From: an uncultured Pseudomonadota bacterium
GTDB lineage: Bacteria; Myxococcota_A; Polyangia; Fen-1088
Length of the DNA: 64,000 bases
Assembly: GCA_963847705.1 (NCBI GenBank)
Contig: CAWKBC010000034.1
Coordinates: forward strand, 227,902-291,901
Reading direction: 5' to 3'
In this document: one piece after another, positions 20,503 to 30,006 of the stretch
Numbering within the stretch: the first letter of the stretch is position 1
Layout of the letters: the number at the start of each line of letters is the position of its first letter
Made by a program: the position numbers and the translations under genes
Notes under the pieces: generated by a model
Database searches by the model: none
Seen by the model: only the letters and a program-made list of their open reading frames with translations
Told to the model about the DNA's origin: nothing

Positions 20503-22863
20503 TCATCGCCTGGAGGACCTCGCTGCAGTCGGGGTCCCGCACGAGCCGCTGCTGTCGCAGGTGGCTGGCGCCACACAGTCACCGTCGGAGGTGCACGCGT
20601 TCTTGCAGACGTTGGCGCCGCACTGGTACGGCGCGCACGAGCTCGAGCTGGGCGACAGACAGGTCCCCGAGCCGTCACAGGCGCGTGCCGCCGTGAACAG
20701 ATCGCTCCCCACGGGACAGCTCTGGCCGGCGCATACGGTCCCCGGGAGATACTTTTCGCAAGCGCCGTTGCCGTCGCACCGGCCGTCGGTGCCGCAGGAA
20801 GAGGCGCCCTGATCGCCGCAAATTCCCGCGGGATCGACCACGTGCGGGGGGACGTTGGTGCATGTTCCAAGTGCGCTGCTGAGGGCGCATGACTGGCACA
20901 CCCCGGTGCAGGCCGTGTCGCAGCAGACTCCCTGGGCGCAGTTGCCGCTCGCGCACTCGGCGGATTGCGAACAGGAGGCACCGTCGGTCTTGAGGCCGCA
21001 GCTCGAATCGACGCAGACGCTCGGCGATGCACACTGACTGTTGTTCGAGCAACTGCCGAAGCACTGCGTGCCATTACACTCGAACGGAAAGCACGGCAGA
21101 GGGTTGGGCGCGACACATTGGCCGGTGGCGCCGCAGCTCGAAGGCGGGGTGTAAGCGCCCCCCGCGCAGGTCTCGCTCGCGCAGACGGTCCCTGGGGCGT
21201 AGAGGGCACAACCACCACCGCCGTCACACTTGCCGTTCGTGTCACAAGATGCGGCGCCTCTGTCGACACACAACCCGCGCGGGTCGGGGTTACCGGCCGC
21301 GACCTCGGCGCAGTGCCCGGGCGAGCCAGGGAGGTTGCAGGCTCGGCAGCTGCCAGCGCAGGCACTGTCACAGCAGACGCCGTCCACACAGGTGTTCGAA
21401 GCGCACTCGCCGGCACTCACACAGCTCTGGCCAGGACGCTTGGGGCCGCAACTTCCGTTCACGCATGCATGTCCAGCCACACAGTCGCTGTCGGTCTGAC
21501 AGCTCGCGAGACAGGCTCCGTCCACGCAGAGGAACGGAGTGCAATCGAGGGCGCTTCCCGAACGGCACGTCCCCAAACCATCGCAGCTCCCTGCCGTGTT
21601 GAGAACGTTGCCCGAGCAAGACGGCGCAAGGCAGAGCGTATCGGTCGCGTAGTTCGCGCAACCGCCCAAGCCGTCGCAGGTGCCGTTTTGTCCGCAGGTC
21701 GAAGCCCCATGATCGACGCAGATGCCACGGGGATCAGGGTTGCCGGCGTCGATCTGCCAGCAGGCCCCCAGGCGCCCCGGAAGATTGCAGGCGACGCAGC
21801 CACCTTGGCAGGCGACGTTGCAACAGACGCCGTCGGCGCAGAACCCCGTGATGCAGTCGAGGCCGGTCTCGCAGTGCGCCGCCAGTTCCGCTTTGCCGCA
21901 ACTGCCGGTGGCGTCGCAGGTCTGTCCGGCGGCGCACTGGGCGTTGCTCGTGCAGCCTTGCTCGCAGGCGCCAGTCGTCACGTCGCAGGTGAACGGCAGG
22001 CAGAGGATCGCGGTCAGACCCGCGATGCACCGACCAGCTCCGTCGCAGCTGAAGGCACCAATGACGGCGTCACCTGAGCAAGTGCCGCCCACGCAGGTGT
22101 TCCCCAGATAATTCCGGCAGGCGCCGGACCCGTCACAGGTTCCGTCCAGCCCACAGGACGGGGGCGCGTCGGGCGGGCAGTCAGTGGGGTCACGCGGACT
22201 CGCGCCTACCGGCCGTGAGATGCAGGTCCCCACCGAGCCCGACTCGGTACAGGTCTGACAACCACTGGTGCAGGCATTGTTACAACAGACCCCTTCGACA
22301 CACTGCTTCGAAGCGCACTGGCCGTTGGTGGCGCAGATCTGTCCAAGCGCTTGCAGGCCACAGCCGCCGTTCACGCAAGCGACTCCCGATCCGCAGTCCG
22401 CATCAGTCCGGCACGAACAGCTGTTCGTCTTGGCGTTGCAGCCGCCGGAACCGCAGTCGGTGGGCTTGCTGGCGATGCAATTTCCCGCGCCGTCGCAGGT
22501 GGCGGCAGGCGTCCAGACCGAGCTGGTGCAGGTCGACGCGGCACAGACCCCGTGAGGATCCAGGACACCCGCGGGTACAGGGAGGCATCGACCCGCGGGA
22601 GGCGAATAATAGTCGGCGCTCGTCGAGAGCGGACCGCAGAACTCGCACGGGCCACGACAAGCTTCGGCGCAACAGTAGCCGTCGGCGCAGAACCCACTGA
22701 TGCATTCGTCGTTGCTCCCGCAAGGGACTCCGGGCGAGAGGCCCCCGTCGCCCGCGCCGGCATTCGCCTGAATGACGTTCACGTCGATGCAGCCGCCCCC
22801 GAGCACGGTCGACAGCGTCGCGGTCAGGACGGAGCAAACGACCCGGCGTTGCGCCGCGGTCAA
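20503..22863 (-). CDS. Cys-rich repeat surface lipoprotein (five ~145-aa repeats)
   Basis: TTG 22863 overlaps the upstream TGA; lipobox LGGGC; five repeats starting C-x5-C-x4-C-x4-CC and containing CDGxGxC. Confidence 0.85.
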   Translation of the reverse strand: MTAAQRRVVCSVLTATLSTVLGGGCIDVNVIQANAGAGDGGLSPGVPCGSNDECISGFCADGYCCAEACRGPCEFCGPLSTSADYYSPPAGRCLPVPAGVLDPHGVCAASTCTSSVWTPAATCDGAGNCIASKPTDCGSGGCNAKTNSCSCRTDADCGSGVACVNGGCGLQALGQICATNGQCASKQCVEGVCCNNACTSGCQTCTESGSVGTCISRPVGASPRDPTDCPPDAPPSCGLDGTCDGSGACRNYLGNTCVGGTCSGDAVIGAFSCDGAGRCIAGLTAILCLPFTCDVTTGACEQGCTSNAQCAAGQTCDATGSCGKAELAAHCETGLDCITGFCADGVCCNVACQGGCVACNLPGRLGACWQIDAGNPDPRGICVDHGASTCGQNGTCDGLGGCANYATDTLCLAPSCSGNVLNTAGSCDGLGTCRSGSALDCTPFLCVDGACLASCQTDSDCVAGHACVNGSCGPKRPGQSCVSAGECASNTCVDGVCCDSACAGSCRACNLPGSPGHCAEVAAGNPDPRGLCVDRGAASCDTNGKCDGGGGCALYAPGTVCASETCAGGAYTPPSSCGATGQCVAPNPLPCFPFECNGTQCFGSCSNNSQCASPSVCVDSSCGLKTDGASCSQSAECASGNCAQGVCCDTACTGVCQSCALSSALGTCTNVPPHVVDPAGICGDQGASSCGTDGRCDGNGACEKYLPGTVCAGQSCPVGSDLFTAARACDGSGTCLSPSSSSCAPYQCGANVCKNACTSDGDCVAPATCDSSGSCGTPTAARSSRR

Positions 22864-23921
22864 AACACGGCTCGGATCGAAAATGTCTCGCTCCATGGAT
22901 CGATGGCGGCGGTCAGCGGGGGCATCCGTTTTCCGAACCAGTGGTGCAATCCCGAGACCACCAGCAGCGCGCCCCCCGCGATCCAGGACCCGATCCCCAG
23001 ATACTGCAGGGTGTCGATGGTGGAGACGCGGTCGCTCTTTTCTGACGGTGAGCAGCCTGGGCTCTGATTGCAGGCGTCCTTGGCGGAGTCGAACTTCGTG
23101 TAGGCGATCCCGTAGAGCACCGTGCCGCCGACCAGCAGCACACCGCCGCCGGCGGCCGCGTAGAGGTCGAAGGACTGTCTCCGGGTCGACTTGCCTGGCG
23201 GCCGGTCGACCAGCGAGACCGTCACCTCGGTGGTCGGCGGGACCGCCGGAGCCGGCAGGGGCTTTGGCTCCTCCACCAGGGGCGGGATCTCCAGCGTGCG
23301 CTGTTCGGCCTCCCTGATCTCCAGCGTCGCCGTCCAGGGACGATGCCCGGGCGCGCTCGCCTTCACGGCATGCATGCCCGGATCGATCGGCATGGCGACG
23401 CCCAGGCCGCCTTCGTCGAGCGAGCCCGCTTCGCTGGCGACGGTGAGACCGGGGACTGGCGCCCGCGCCGTCAGGGTGAGGCGAGCAAGCTTCGGCTCGA
23501 GCGCGGCGACCTTTTCATCGGCGGCGCGCGCCCGATCCTCCCGCCCCTGCCCCCGCGCCAGGCGGGCCGCGGTCCTGTACTCCGCCCAGGCGGTGGCGGT
23601 CTTCCCTTCTGTCTGGTGGCAGAGCGCCAGGTTCAGCAGCGTTCCCGACGAGGCCTCCTGCGTATAGCTCTCGGTGAAACGCGCGCAGGCCTCGGCGGTT
23701 TTTCCGGCTGCCATCAGTCGCCGGCCGTCCTGGAAGAGGGCCTCGGCGGCGGGGGAGACCGCGCGCGCGGTGACCGGCGCCAGCCCCAGGAGCGCCGCGA
23801 CGGCGGCCGAGATCGCTCGAGACCGCCGCCACTTCACCCTACCCGTCCGGCCCTTCCGACCCCTCAGATCCGTCCGACCTGGCCGATCTGGCCGACCTGG
23901 CCGACCTGGCCTGCTTTTCAA
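22860..23921 (-). CDS. Secreted TPR + PEGA-like domain protein with hydrophobic C-terminal anchor
   Basis: AEALFQDGR..AC..F.ESY..GTLLNLALC..GKTATAW (TPR), IDPGMHAVKASAPG (PEGA-like), two hydrophobic helices, C-terminus FSIRAVF. TTG start is coupled to the kinase stop; alternative GTG at 23837. Confidence 0.87.
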   Translation of the reverse strand: MKSRPGRPGRPDRPGRTDLRGRKGRTGRVKWRRSRAISAAVAALLGLAPVTARAVSPAAEALFQDGRRLMAAGKTAEACARFTESYTQEASSGTLLNLALCHQTEGKTATAWAEYRTAARLARGQGREDRARAADEKVAALEPKLARLTLTARAPVPGLTVASEAGSLDEGGLGVAMPIDPGMHAVKASAPGHRPWTATLEIREAEQRTLEIPPLVEEPKPLPAPAVPPTTEVTVSLVDRPPGKSTRRQSFDLYAAAGGGVLLVGGTVLYGIAYTKFDSAKDACNQSPGCSPSEKSDRVSTIDTLQYLGIGSWIAGGALLVVSGLHHWFGKRMPPLTAAIDPWSETFSIRAVF

Positions 23922-25249
23922 GGCTCATCCCAGATTCGGTCCCGCCCGGTCTCGGACGGCGGCGGCGCCGGATGGCGGCGACGCGGGCGGACCGGGCTCG
24001 GCGCGGGAACCGCGAGCAAGGTCTCGCCCTCGGACAGCGCAGGCTTCGCTGGTGACAGGGGCGCCGCTGACGACACCGCGACGGGCGGCGAGATCCCGAC
24101 CGCTCCACTCGAGACCGCGATCGAGCCTCGACTGGTCTTTCGATGTGCGCCCCCCCAGACGACGGTCGCCACCAGCCCGCCTGCGACGGCCAGCGCCGCC
24201 CAGGGACGCGCGCGGCGCCACGGGCTCGTCGCCATCGAGACACCGGCCAGCGCTTGCGCCAGGGCCTCGATCTGCTCGGCGCAGGTGGCGAAGCGATCCC
24301 CCGGCCCGAACGCGCAGGCCCGGGCGAACCAGGCGTCGAAGGCCACGCCCCGGTCGCTGCCGAGAGCGCTCGGGCGCGCCACCGGCCCGCGCGACACCTC
24401 GCGCAGCAAGCCGACCCAGTTGTCACCCGCGAAGTAGTGACGCCCGCAGAGCAGGCGGAACGCGATCAACCCGAGCGCGAATCGATCCGCCGCCGCCGAG
24501 ACCTCCTTGGCGCCGATCGCCTGCTCGGGCGCCATGTAGCGTGGCGTTCCCAGAATCTGCCCGGTCGCGGTGGAGCTGCCTTCGCCTTCGGCGGTCATCT
24601 TGGCGATCCCGAAATCGAGGATCTTGACGATCGGCGGCAGGCCCTCGCGCTCGGCCAGGAAGAGGTTCTCCGGTTTGAGATCGCGGTGAACGATCCCTTC
24701 CCGGTGCGCCTTGTCGAGCGCGGGAGCGAGCTGGCGCATCCAATCGACGACCTCGGCCGCCGTCGGCCGGCGCCCGAGGGCGATCCGCTCGAAGTCCTGC
24801 CCGGCCAGGAGCTCCATGACCAGGAAGGGGGCCTCGTCGAGCTCGGGCGCCACGTCGGCGTCGACGACCCGGACGACGTGGTCGCTCTTCACGGAGCTGT
24901 GGATGCGCGCCTCGCGGCGGAAGCGCTCCACCAGCTCCGGCGTCAGCAGCGAGCGCGCCAGCATCAGCTTCAGCGCCAGGTGCTCGCCCGTGTTCGCGTG
25001 AATCACCTCGTAGACGGCGCCCATTCCCCCTTTGGCGATGAGGCGAAGCGGGCGGTACTTGCGGCCGATTGCCGCCGGCAATGCGACCGGCGTGGCCAGG
25101 GAAGGCGCCCGAGAGACCTCCGTGCGGCTGTCAGGAGCCTCCGCTGCGATCGGGGGGGTCGTCGCTTCTCCCGGTTGGTCCGGTGCCACGGCCTGCGCAG
25201 TATAGGCACGGTCGAGATCGGTTGTGCAGGTCTTGTACGACTTGATCAT
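23918..25249 (-). CDS. Membrane-anchored Hanks-type Ser/Thr protein kinase
   Basis: GGMGAVY, ALK, HRDLKPEN, DFG and GTPRYMAPEQ motifs; one TM helix; Pro-rich tail ending RDRIWDEP. The true start may lie about 60 nt further in. Confidence 0.95.
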   Translation of the reverse strand: MIKSYKTCTTDLDRAYTAQAVAPDQPGEATTPPIAAEAPDSRTEVSRAPSLATPVALPAAIGRKYRPLRLIAKGGMGAVYEVIHANTGEHLALKLMLARSLLTPELVERFRREARIHSSVKSDHVVRVVDADVAPELDEAPFLVMELLAGQDFERIALGRRPTAAEVVDWMRQLAPALDKAHREGIVHRDLKPENLFLAEREGLPPIVKILDFGIAKMTAEGEGSSTATGQILGTPRYMAPEQAIGAKEVSAAADRFALGLIAFRLLCGRHYFAGDNWVGLLREVSRGPVARPSALGSDRGVAFDAWFARACAFGPGDRFATCAEQIEALAQALAGVSMATSPWRRARPWAALAVAGGLVATVVWGGAHRKTSRGSIAVSSGAVGISPPVAVSSAAPLSPAKPALSEGETLLAVPAPSPVRPRRRHPAPPPSETGRDRIWDEP

Positions 25250-25281
25250 TGCCTGGCCAACTCGCGTAATACTCGGGTCAC

Positions 25282-26679
25282 ATGTCGGCCGGCGAGAATC
25301 ACCACGGGGGGGACGCGGATCGCGAGCTGGTGGTCTTCTCGAGCGAGGTCCGAACCTTCACTCTGCCGCGGGAAGGGACCGTCACGATTGGCCGTGGAGA
25401 GGCAAACAACGTCCGGATCGACGATCCCTCCGTCTCGCGCAACCATGCCGTTCTTCGGGTCGGCTCCCGGTTGGTCATTCAAGATCTCGGCAGCGCCAAC
25501 GGGACGATGGTGCGCGACAAAGCGGGAGCGGGCTCGGTGGGCGAGACGTTGAACGTTCGGCAGCTCCTCGGTCGGGAGGCCGACCTGGCGGTGGGCGACA
25601 CGATCCTGTTCGGAACCGCCAGCGTGGTGGTCCGCCACAAGCCGATCGTCGACCTTCCGGATCTCGCTGCCCAGCGTCCTGGGGTCGTCGTCCGGGCCCC
25701 CGCGATGCGCCTCATTTACGAGCAGGCTGCGCGCGCGGCCCGCACGCAGATCAACATCCTCATCCTGGGAGAGACGGGCGTCGGCAAGGAGGTGCTCGCG
25801 CGAGCCATTCATCTGCGCTCGACGCGCGCCAAGGGGCCGTTTCAGGCCATCAACTGCGCCGCCCTCACCGAATCGCTGCAGGAGAGCGAGCTCTTCGGTC
25901 ACGAGAAAGGGGCCTTTACCGGCGCGCATCAACCCCGCGCCGGCCTGTTCGAATCCGCCCACAGCGGGACCGTGTTTCTCGACGAGGTGGGGGAGCTCTC
26001 GCCGGGGGCGCAGGCCAAGCTGTTGCGGGTCCTGGAGGAGCGCGCGGTGACCCGGCTCGGTTCGAACCGTGCGCGCCCCGTCGACGTTCGCATCGTGGCC
26101 GCGACGAATCGGGATCCAGAGGCCGACGGTGCCTCCGGCCGGTTTCGCCAGGATCTCTTCTTTCGCTTGAACGGGATCTCGCTGTTGATTCCGCCCCTGC
26201 GCGAGCGCCGGGAGGAGATCGAAACCTTTGCCCGGCTCTTCGTCGCGGCGGCCTGCCAGGGGGTCGAACGAACGGCGACGCCGCTGCTGACGGCCGAGGC
26301 TCTCGAGGTCCTTCGGCAACACGAATGGAAGGGGAACGTGCGTGAGCTTCGCAATGCGATCGAGCGCGCCGTGGCCCTCTGCCCCGGCGACACGATCCTT
26401 CCGGAGCACCTGCCACCGGCCCTCCTCAAGGCCACGGAAGCGCGACGCGCGGCGGCGCTCGCGACCCCACCGTCCGCCGTCGGAAACCGCGCGGCCGCCC
26501 TGCCGGGCGAAATCGAGACGCTGGAGAAGGGACGCATCCTGGACATGCTCGCGGCCTGCGCGGGCAATCAGACGCAAGCCGCACGGAAGCTGGGAATCTC
26601 CCGCGGGACCCTGATCGCACGGCTCGCGGCCTTCGGTGTCCCCCGTCCTCGCAAGCGCGACGACGCGCCGGAGCGATGA
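25282..26679 (+). CDS. FHA-domain sigma54-dependent transcriptional activator (bEBP)
   Basis: FHA ([17 protein letters not shown]), [48 protein letters not shown]. Confidence 0.95.
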   Translation: MSAGENHHGGDADRELVVFSSEVRTFTLPREGTVTIGRGEANNVRIDDPSVSRNHAVLRVGSRLVIQDLGSANGTMVRDKAGAGSVGETLNVRQLLGREADLAVGDTILFGTASVVVRHKPIVDLPDLAAQRPGVVVRAPAMRLIYEQAARAARTQINILILGETGVGKEVLARAIHLRSTRAKGPFQAINCAALTESLQESELFGHEKGAFTGAHQPRAGLFESAHSGTVFLDEVGELSPGAQAKLLRVLEERAVTRLGSNRARPVDVRIVAATNRDPEADGASGRFRQDLFFRLNGISLLIPPLRERREEIETFARLFVAAACQGVERTATPLLTAEALEVLRQHEWKGNVRELRNAIERAVALCPGDTILPEHLPPALLKATEARRAAALATPPSAVGNRAAALPGEIETLEKGRILDMLAACAGNQTQAARKLGISRGTLIARLAAFGVPRPRKRDDAPER

Positions 26680-26691
26680 TCGTCCCGTAGC

Positions 26692-26707
26692 CGGCACGAT
26701 GATTGCT
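26692..26707 (+). promoter_or_regulatory. sigma54 -24/-12 promoter upstream of the ECF sigma factor
   Basis: CGGCAC-GATGA-TTGCT with exact spacing, starting 13 nt after the bEBP stop. Confidence 0.65.
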
Positions 26708-26879
26708 GTGCGTGCCGGCATGGTCCCGGACACGTCGTGGAGCTCGAGAGCGACCGGGCTCGTCGCAGGTTTCGAGCGCGCGGATGGCAGGTGAACCGCT
26801 TTCGCTCCCTGGTCATTGGTCTCCGGAGCCGGTACGGCGGGCGTCGCGAAAAGTTTCTCGGCGGTGGCCAGAGAGCTGC

Positions 26880-27500
26880 GTGACGGCCAACGATGGCAAA
26901 GCGACGGCCGACGAGGCGATGACCCGGTACGGACAGGGCGAAGCGTGTGCCTTCGGGATCGTCTACGACGAGGTAGCGCCCCGCATCGAGAAGTACCTGC
27001 GCCGCCACCTGCGCGAGACGGCGCTGGTCGAGGACGTCGTGCAGCAGACGTTCGAGAACATGCACAGGGCCCGCGGGACGTTCCTGCCCGGCTTCCCGGT
27101 CCTCCCCTGGGCCTTCACCATCGCGAGACGGCTCATGATTGACTGTCCGAAGAAGAGAGGCCGCGAGGTGTCACGCGACATGTCCGCGGAGGACGACGTC
27201 ATGAACGCGCTCTTCGTCGCCGCACGGGAGAACGGTGAGGAGAAGGTTCAAGCGCTCGAGACGACGGCGCGCCTGTTGGAGGCCTTCAACCAGCTTTCGG
27301 CGGTGAGGCGTTCCGTGTTCGAGCACGTGAAGATTGAGGGGCTTTCGTACGCCACGGTGGCGGCGATGCACGACCTCACCGAAGACAGCGTGAGAATGCA
27401 CGTTCACCGCGCGTCCAAGGCGCTGCGGGCGGTCGTCGACGGTGTGGAGCAAAGCCCCCGGACACCCAGCGCCAAGAAACAGGCGCCCCGGACTCAGTGA
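26880..27500 (+). CDS. ECF-family RNA polymerase sigma factor
   Basis: Region 2 (AF..VYD..VEDVVQQTF..PWAFTIARR..ID) and region 4 (L...RRSVF..KIEGLSY..VA..VRMHVHRA..ALR). Confidence 0.88.
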   Translation: MTANDGKATADEAMTRYGQGEACAFGIVYDEVAPRIEKYLRRHLRETALVEDVVQQTFENMHRARGTFLPGFPVLPWAFTIARRLMIDCPKKRGREVSRDMSAEDDVMNALFVAARENGEEKVQALETTARLLEAFNQLSAVRRSVFEHVKIEGLSYATVAAMHDLTEDSVRMHVHRASKALRAVVDGVEQSPRTPSAKKQAPRTQ

Positions 27501-27617
27501 GCCAGCATGGGCCGGGCCTTCCCGCGCGGATACCGAGGAGATTGGACGTGTCGTGTTCCGGCCTTCGCGCGCGGGCCATCTACCAGGAAGTGGGAACGCG
27601 CGGGAACTAGATCCGGC

Positions 27618-28094
27618 TCAGCGATTCCCGCGCCGGACGTAGCTGTGCGCTTCCTTGGCCAGGGCGACCCAGGGAAGCGTCCCCGCCTCAACGGCGATCC
27701 ACTCCCTCATCAGACGGCCGTGCCCCGGATCGAACCGTGTCCCCTTGCCCGCCTCGACCAGATCGTCGACGCGCTCCTTCGGGAGCTTCACGACGAAACA
27801 GCCGCGCGTGAGCATCGCGAAGATCTTGCCGTCGACGGCGAAGGCATTCTCCGAGCTGAACATGCGCCGGCGACTCACGCCCCGGACGTCGGCAAAAGCG
27901 TCGGCGACGGGCGCGAGAACCGGAGGGATCTCGGACGCCGGCGGCTTGGCGGGCCTCCTGTTTTGCGCGGGCTTCGCGGCCTTCGGACTTTTCGCCCGGC
28001 CCGGGCTCTTCGAGGGCGCCAACCGCTTCTGGCTTTTCGCGGGCTGCGCCCGTCCCGCCCGCTTCGGGCTCGCCCGCTTCTTCGAGTTCACCAC
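27618..28094 (-). CDS. TfoX/Sxy N-terminal-like (MmcQ/YjbR-like) protein with Lys/Pro-rich N-extension
   Basis: RRMFSS.AF.VDGKIFAML....VVKLP......L...G.G..FDPG.GR.MREW. Confidence 0.75.
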   Translation of the reverse strand: MVNSKKRASPKRAGRAQPAKSQKRLAPSKSPGRAKSPKAAKPAQNRRPAKPPASEIPPVLAPVADAFADVRGVSRRRMFSSENAFAVDGKIFAMLTRGCFVVKLPKERVDDLVEAGKGTRFDPGHGRLMREWIAVEAGTLPWVALAKEAHSYVRRGNR

Positions 28095-28310
28095 GTCAGC
28101 CTCCCGCAGAGCGTAGGCTAAACGCGCGTTCAGGGTCAATGGCCGCCGGTCGAGCTGACCGAGGCGGACAGCCGAACCGGGCTATGCCCCAGGAGACCGC
28201 GCCTGAGGCGCTCAGCCCGCGGCGCAAAATCAGCCACAGCGTCTGGCAGATGACCGATCGATATCCAAGATCCCGGATAGGCGGCGGAAGCCGTTCTTTG
28301 GAGGTGACTC

Positions 28311-28628
28311 ATGAGGAAGGTACTGATCGGACTTGGTCTGGCGGGTGCCCTCGCGCTCGGGTTTGGCAAGCTCACGACAGCGCGCGCGGATGACAACATG
28401 CCGTCGAGCGAGTCGGCCAAGAGCGCCTCGGACAAGGCCCAGGGCGCGGCCAACTCGGCCGAAGGCGCGGCCAAGAGCGCCGGCGACGAGGCAGACAAGG
28501 CGGCCAACAGTGCCGACGACGCCAGCAAGGCCGCGGTCGACACGACCGACAAGGCGGCGAAGAGCGACAGTGCCGACAAGAAGGCCGACATCCCGATGGA
28601 CAAGACCAAGGACCAGAACAACAACTAG
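28311..28628 (+). CDS. Small secreted hydrophilic Ala/Asp/Lys-rich (LEA-like) protein
   Basis: GGAGGT RBS, signal peptide ending ARA, repetitive A-D-K-A-A segments. Confidence 0.75.
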   Translation: MRKVLIGLGLAGALALGFGKLTTARADDNMPSSESAKSASDKAQGAANSAEGAAKSAGDEADKAANSADDASKAAVDTTDKAAKSDSADKKADIPMDKTKDQNNN

Positions 28629-28674
28629 AGAGCTCTGGATTTTCGGGTCGCCACCGTCGTGGGCGGCCCGAAAC

Positions 28675-29517
28675 CTACACTGGCCGTCGCGACGCCGCAG
28701 CGGAGATGCGCGGCTTGGTCCTGCCGATCTCTCGTTCGACGGTGGTCACCTCTCCGTCCCAGACCACCGCGCTCTGGTAGGGGGCGAGAATGTCGTTGAG
28801 GCGGCGCAGCCGCTCCAGCGCGCGTCCCATCCGCTGGGTCTGGACGCACAGTTGCGGATCCTCCGTGAGCAACCGCTGCCGGACCAGCTCCAGCGTCTGG
28901 ACGGGCGTGTTGGCGAGATCGCGCAGCGCCATCGCGACCCGGGCCACCCGCTCCAGCGCCAGCTTCTCGGACCGCTCGTGCTCGAGCTCGCCGCGCAGCA
29001 CGTAGCCGCGCTGCTTGAAGGCCAGCACCACCAGCGCGAACATGCCGTAAGCGATCACGCCGAACGGTTCGCCTGCCGCCATCCGCGCGCGCAGCGCATC
29101 GGCCAGCATGGCTTGGTGAATGAGCGCCGAGCCGACGAACACCGAGATGGCGACCGTTCCGATCCGCCAGCCAGGCGGCGCAATCATCGCCAGGGTCAAC
29201 ACCGAGAGCTTGATCGGCTCGTAAGGGACCCAGTAGGCGCTGTGGGCGGCGCGGGCGTCGTCGATCAGCCAGGTCATCACCACCGTCGGGACCAGGACCA
29301 ACAAGAAAATGGCGTTCGAGCGCGAGCGGGAGAACGGAGGCAGCCGGGCGTAGAGCCACCACAGAGCGCCCCCGTTGATCAGAAACGTCAGGGTCTGAGC
29401 GGAGCGCAGCGACAGTCCCGAGATCCGCCAGAAGCCGACGACACTGCTGGCCGATCCAAGGACGCCCAGCAAGGCCGAGACCACGGCCGCCCGGTGCGCT
29501 TCGGCGGCGTGGTCCAT
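28675..29517 (-). CDS. Multi-TM membrane protein with His-less DHp-like C-terminal coiled coil
   Basis: About six TM segments, then LERVARVAMALRDLANTPVQTL...ALERLRRLNDIL; no HATPase domain. ATG lies 2 nt after the receiver gene stop. Confidence 0.7.
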   Translation of the reverse strand: MDHAAEAHRAAVVSALLGVLGSASSVVGFWRISGLSLRSAQTLTFLINGGALWWLYARLPPFSRSRSNAIFLLVLVPTVVMTWLIDDARAAHSAYWVPYEPIKLSVLTLAMIAPPGWRIGTVAISVFVGSALIHQAMLADALRARMAAGEPFGVIAYGMFALVVLAFKQRGYVLRGELEHERSEKLALERVARVAMALRDLANTPVQTLELVRQRLLTEDPQLCVQTQRMGRALERLRRLNDILAPYQSAVVWDGEVTTVEREIGRTKPRISAAASRRPV

Positions 29518-29519
29518 GG

Positions 29520-29915
29520 TCAAGCCGTCGGGTGGGCGCCTGCCGTGCTTCCCGCGCCCACGCCCAGGATACGATCGAGCAGCACCTGGCCGTCGAGCGG
29601 CTTGTCGAGCACGATCGCTCGATTGAGCCGCTCGGCCCGGGCGACCAGCGGATGCGCGTGGGCGTGGCCGGTGAGAAAGAGCAGCCGGCCGGCGAAGTTC
29701 TGGCTCAGCAACCAGTCGTAGGCGTCGATGCCGCTCGGCTGCCCCGTCCCGAGATTGATGTCGAGGACAGCCACGTCCGCCTCCAGCACCTCCGGCCCGA
29801 GCGCCTTGAGCTCGGCGAGCGAGTGCGCCAGCAGGCACCGGCAATTTCGCTCTTGCAGCAGCTCGGCAAGGATCTCCAGGAGGTCGGTGTCGTCATCGAG
29901 CAGAGCGGCGGTCAC
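29520..29915 (-). CDS. Single-domain response regulator (receiver)
   Basis: LLDDD, VLDINL (phospho-Asp), FLTGH and DKP. Confidence 0.85.
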   Translation of the reverse strand: MTAALLDDDTDLLEILAELLQERNCRCLLAHSLAELKALGPEVLEADVAVLDINLGTGQPSGIDAYDWLLSQNFAGRLLFLTGHAHAHPLVARAERLNRAIVLDKPLDGQVLLDRILGVGAGSTAGAHPTA

Positions 29916-30006
29916 GGGTAGCAGCTAGCGTAGGGTCGAGGCTGACAGAAACAAGCCCTGCGACGGGCCCTCGGGGGGCATCGCTTCCAGGATCTCGAGA
30001 TCGAAT

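Noticed and set aside
26722-26731. GGTCCCGGAC shared with 1124-1133, near both sigma54 regions
   Set aside because: A 10-bp GC-rich match lying downstream of the second promoter; likely chance.
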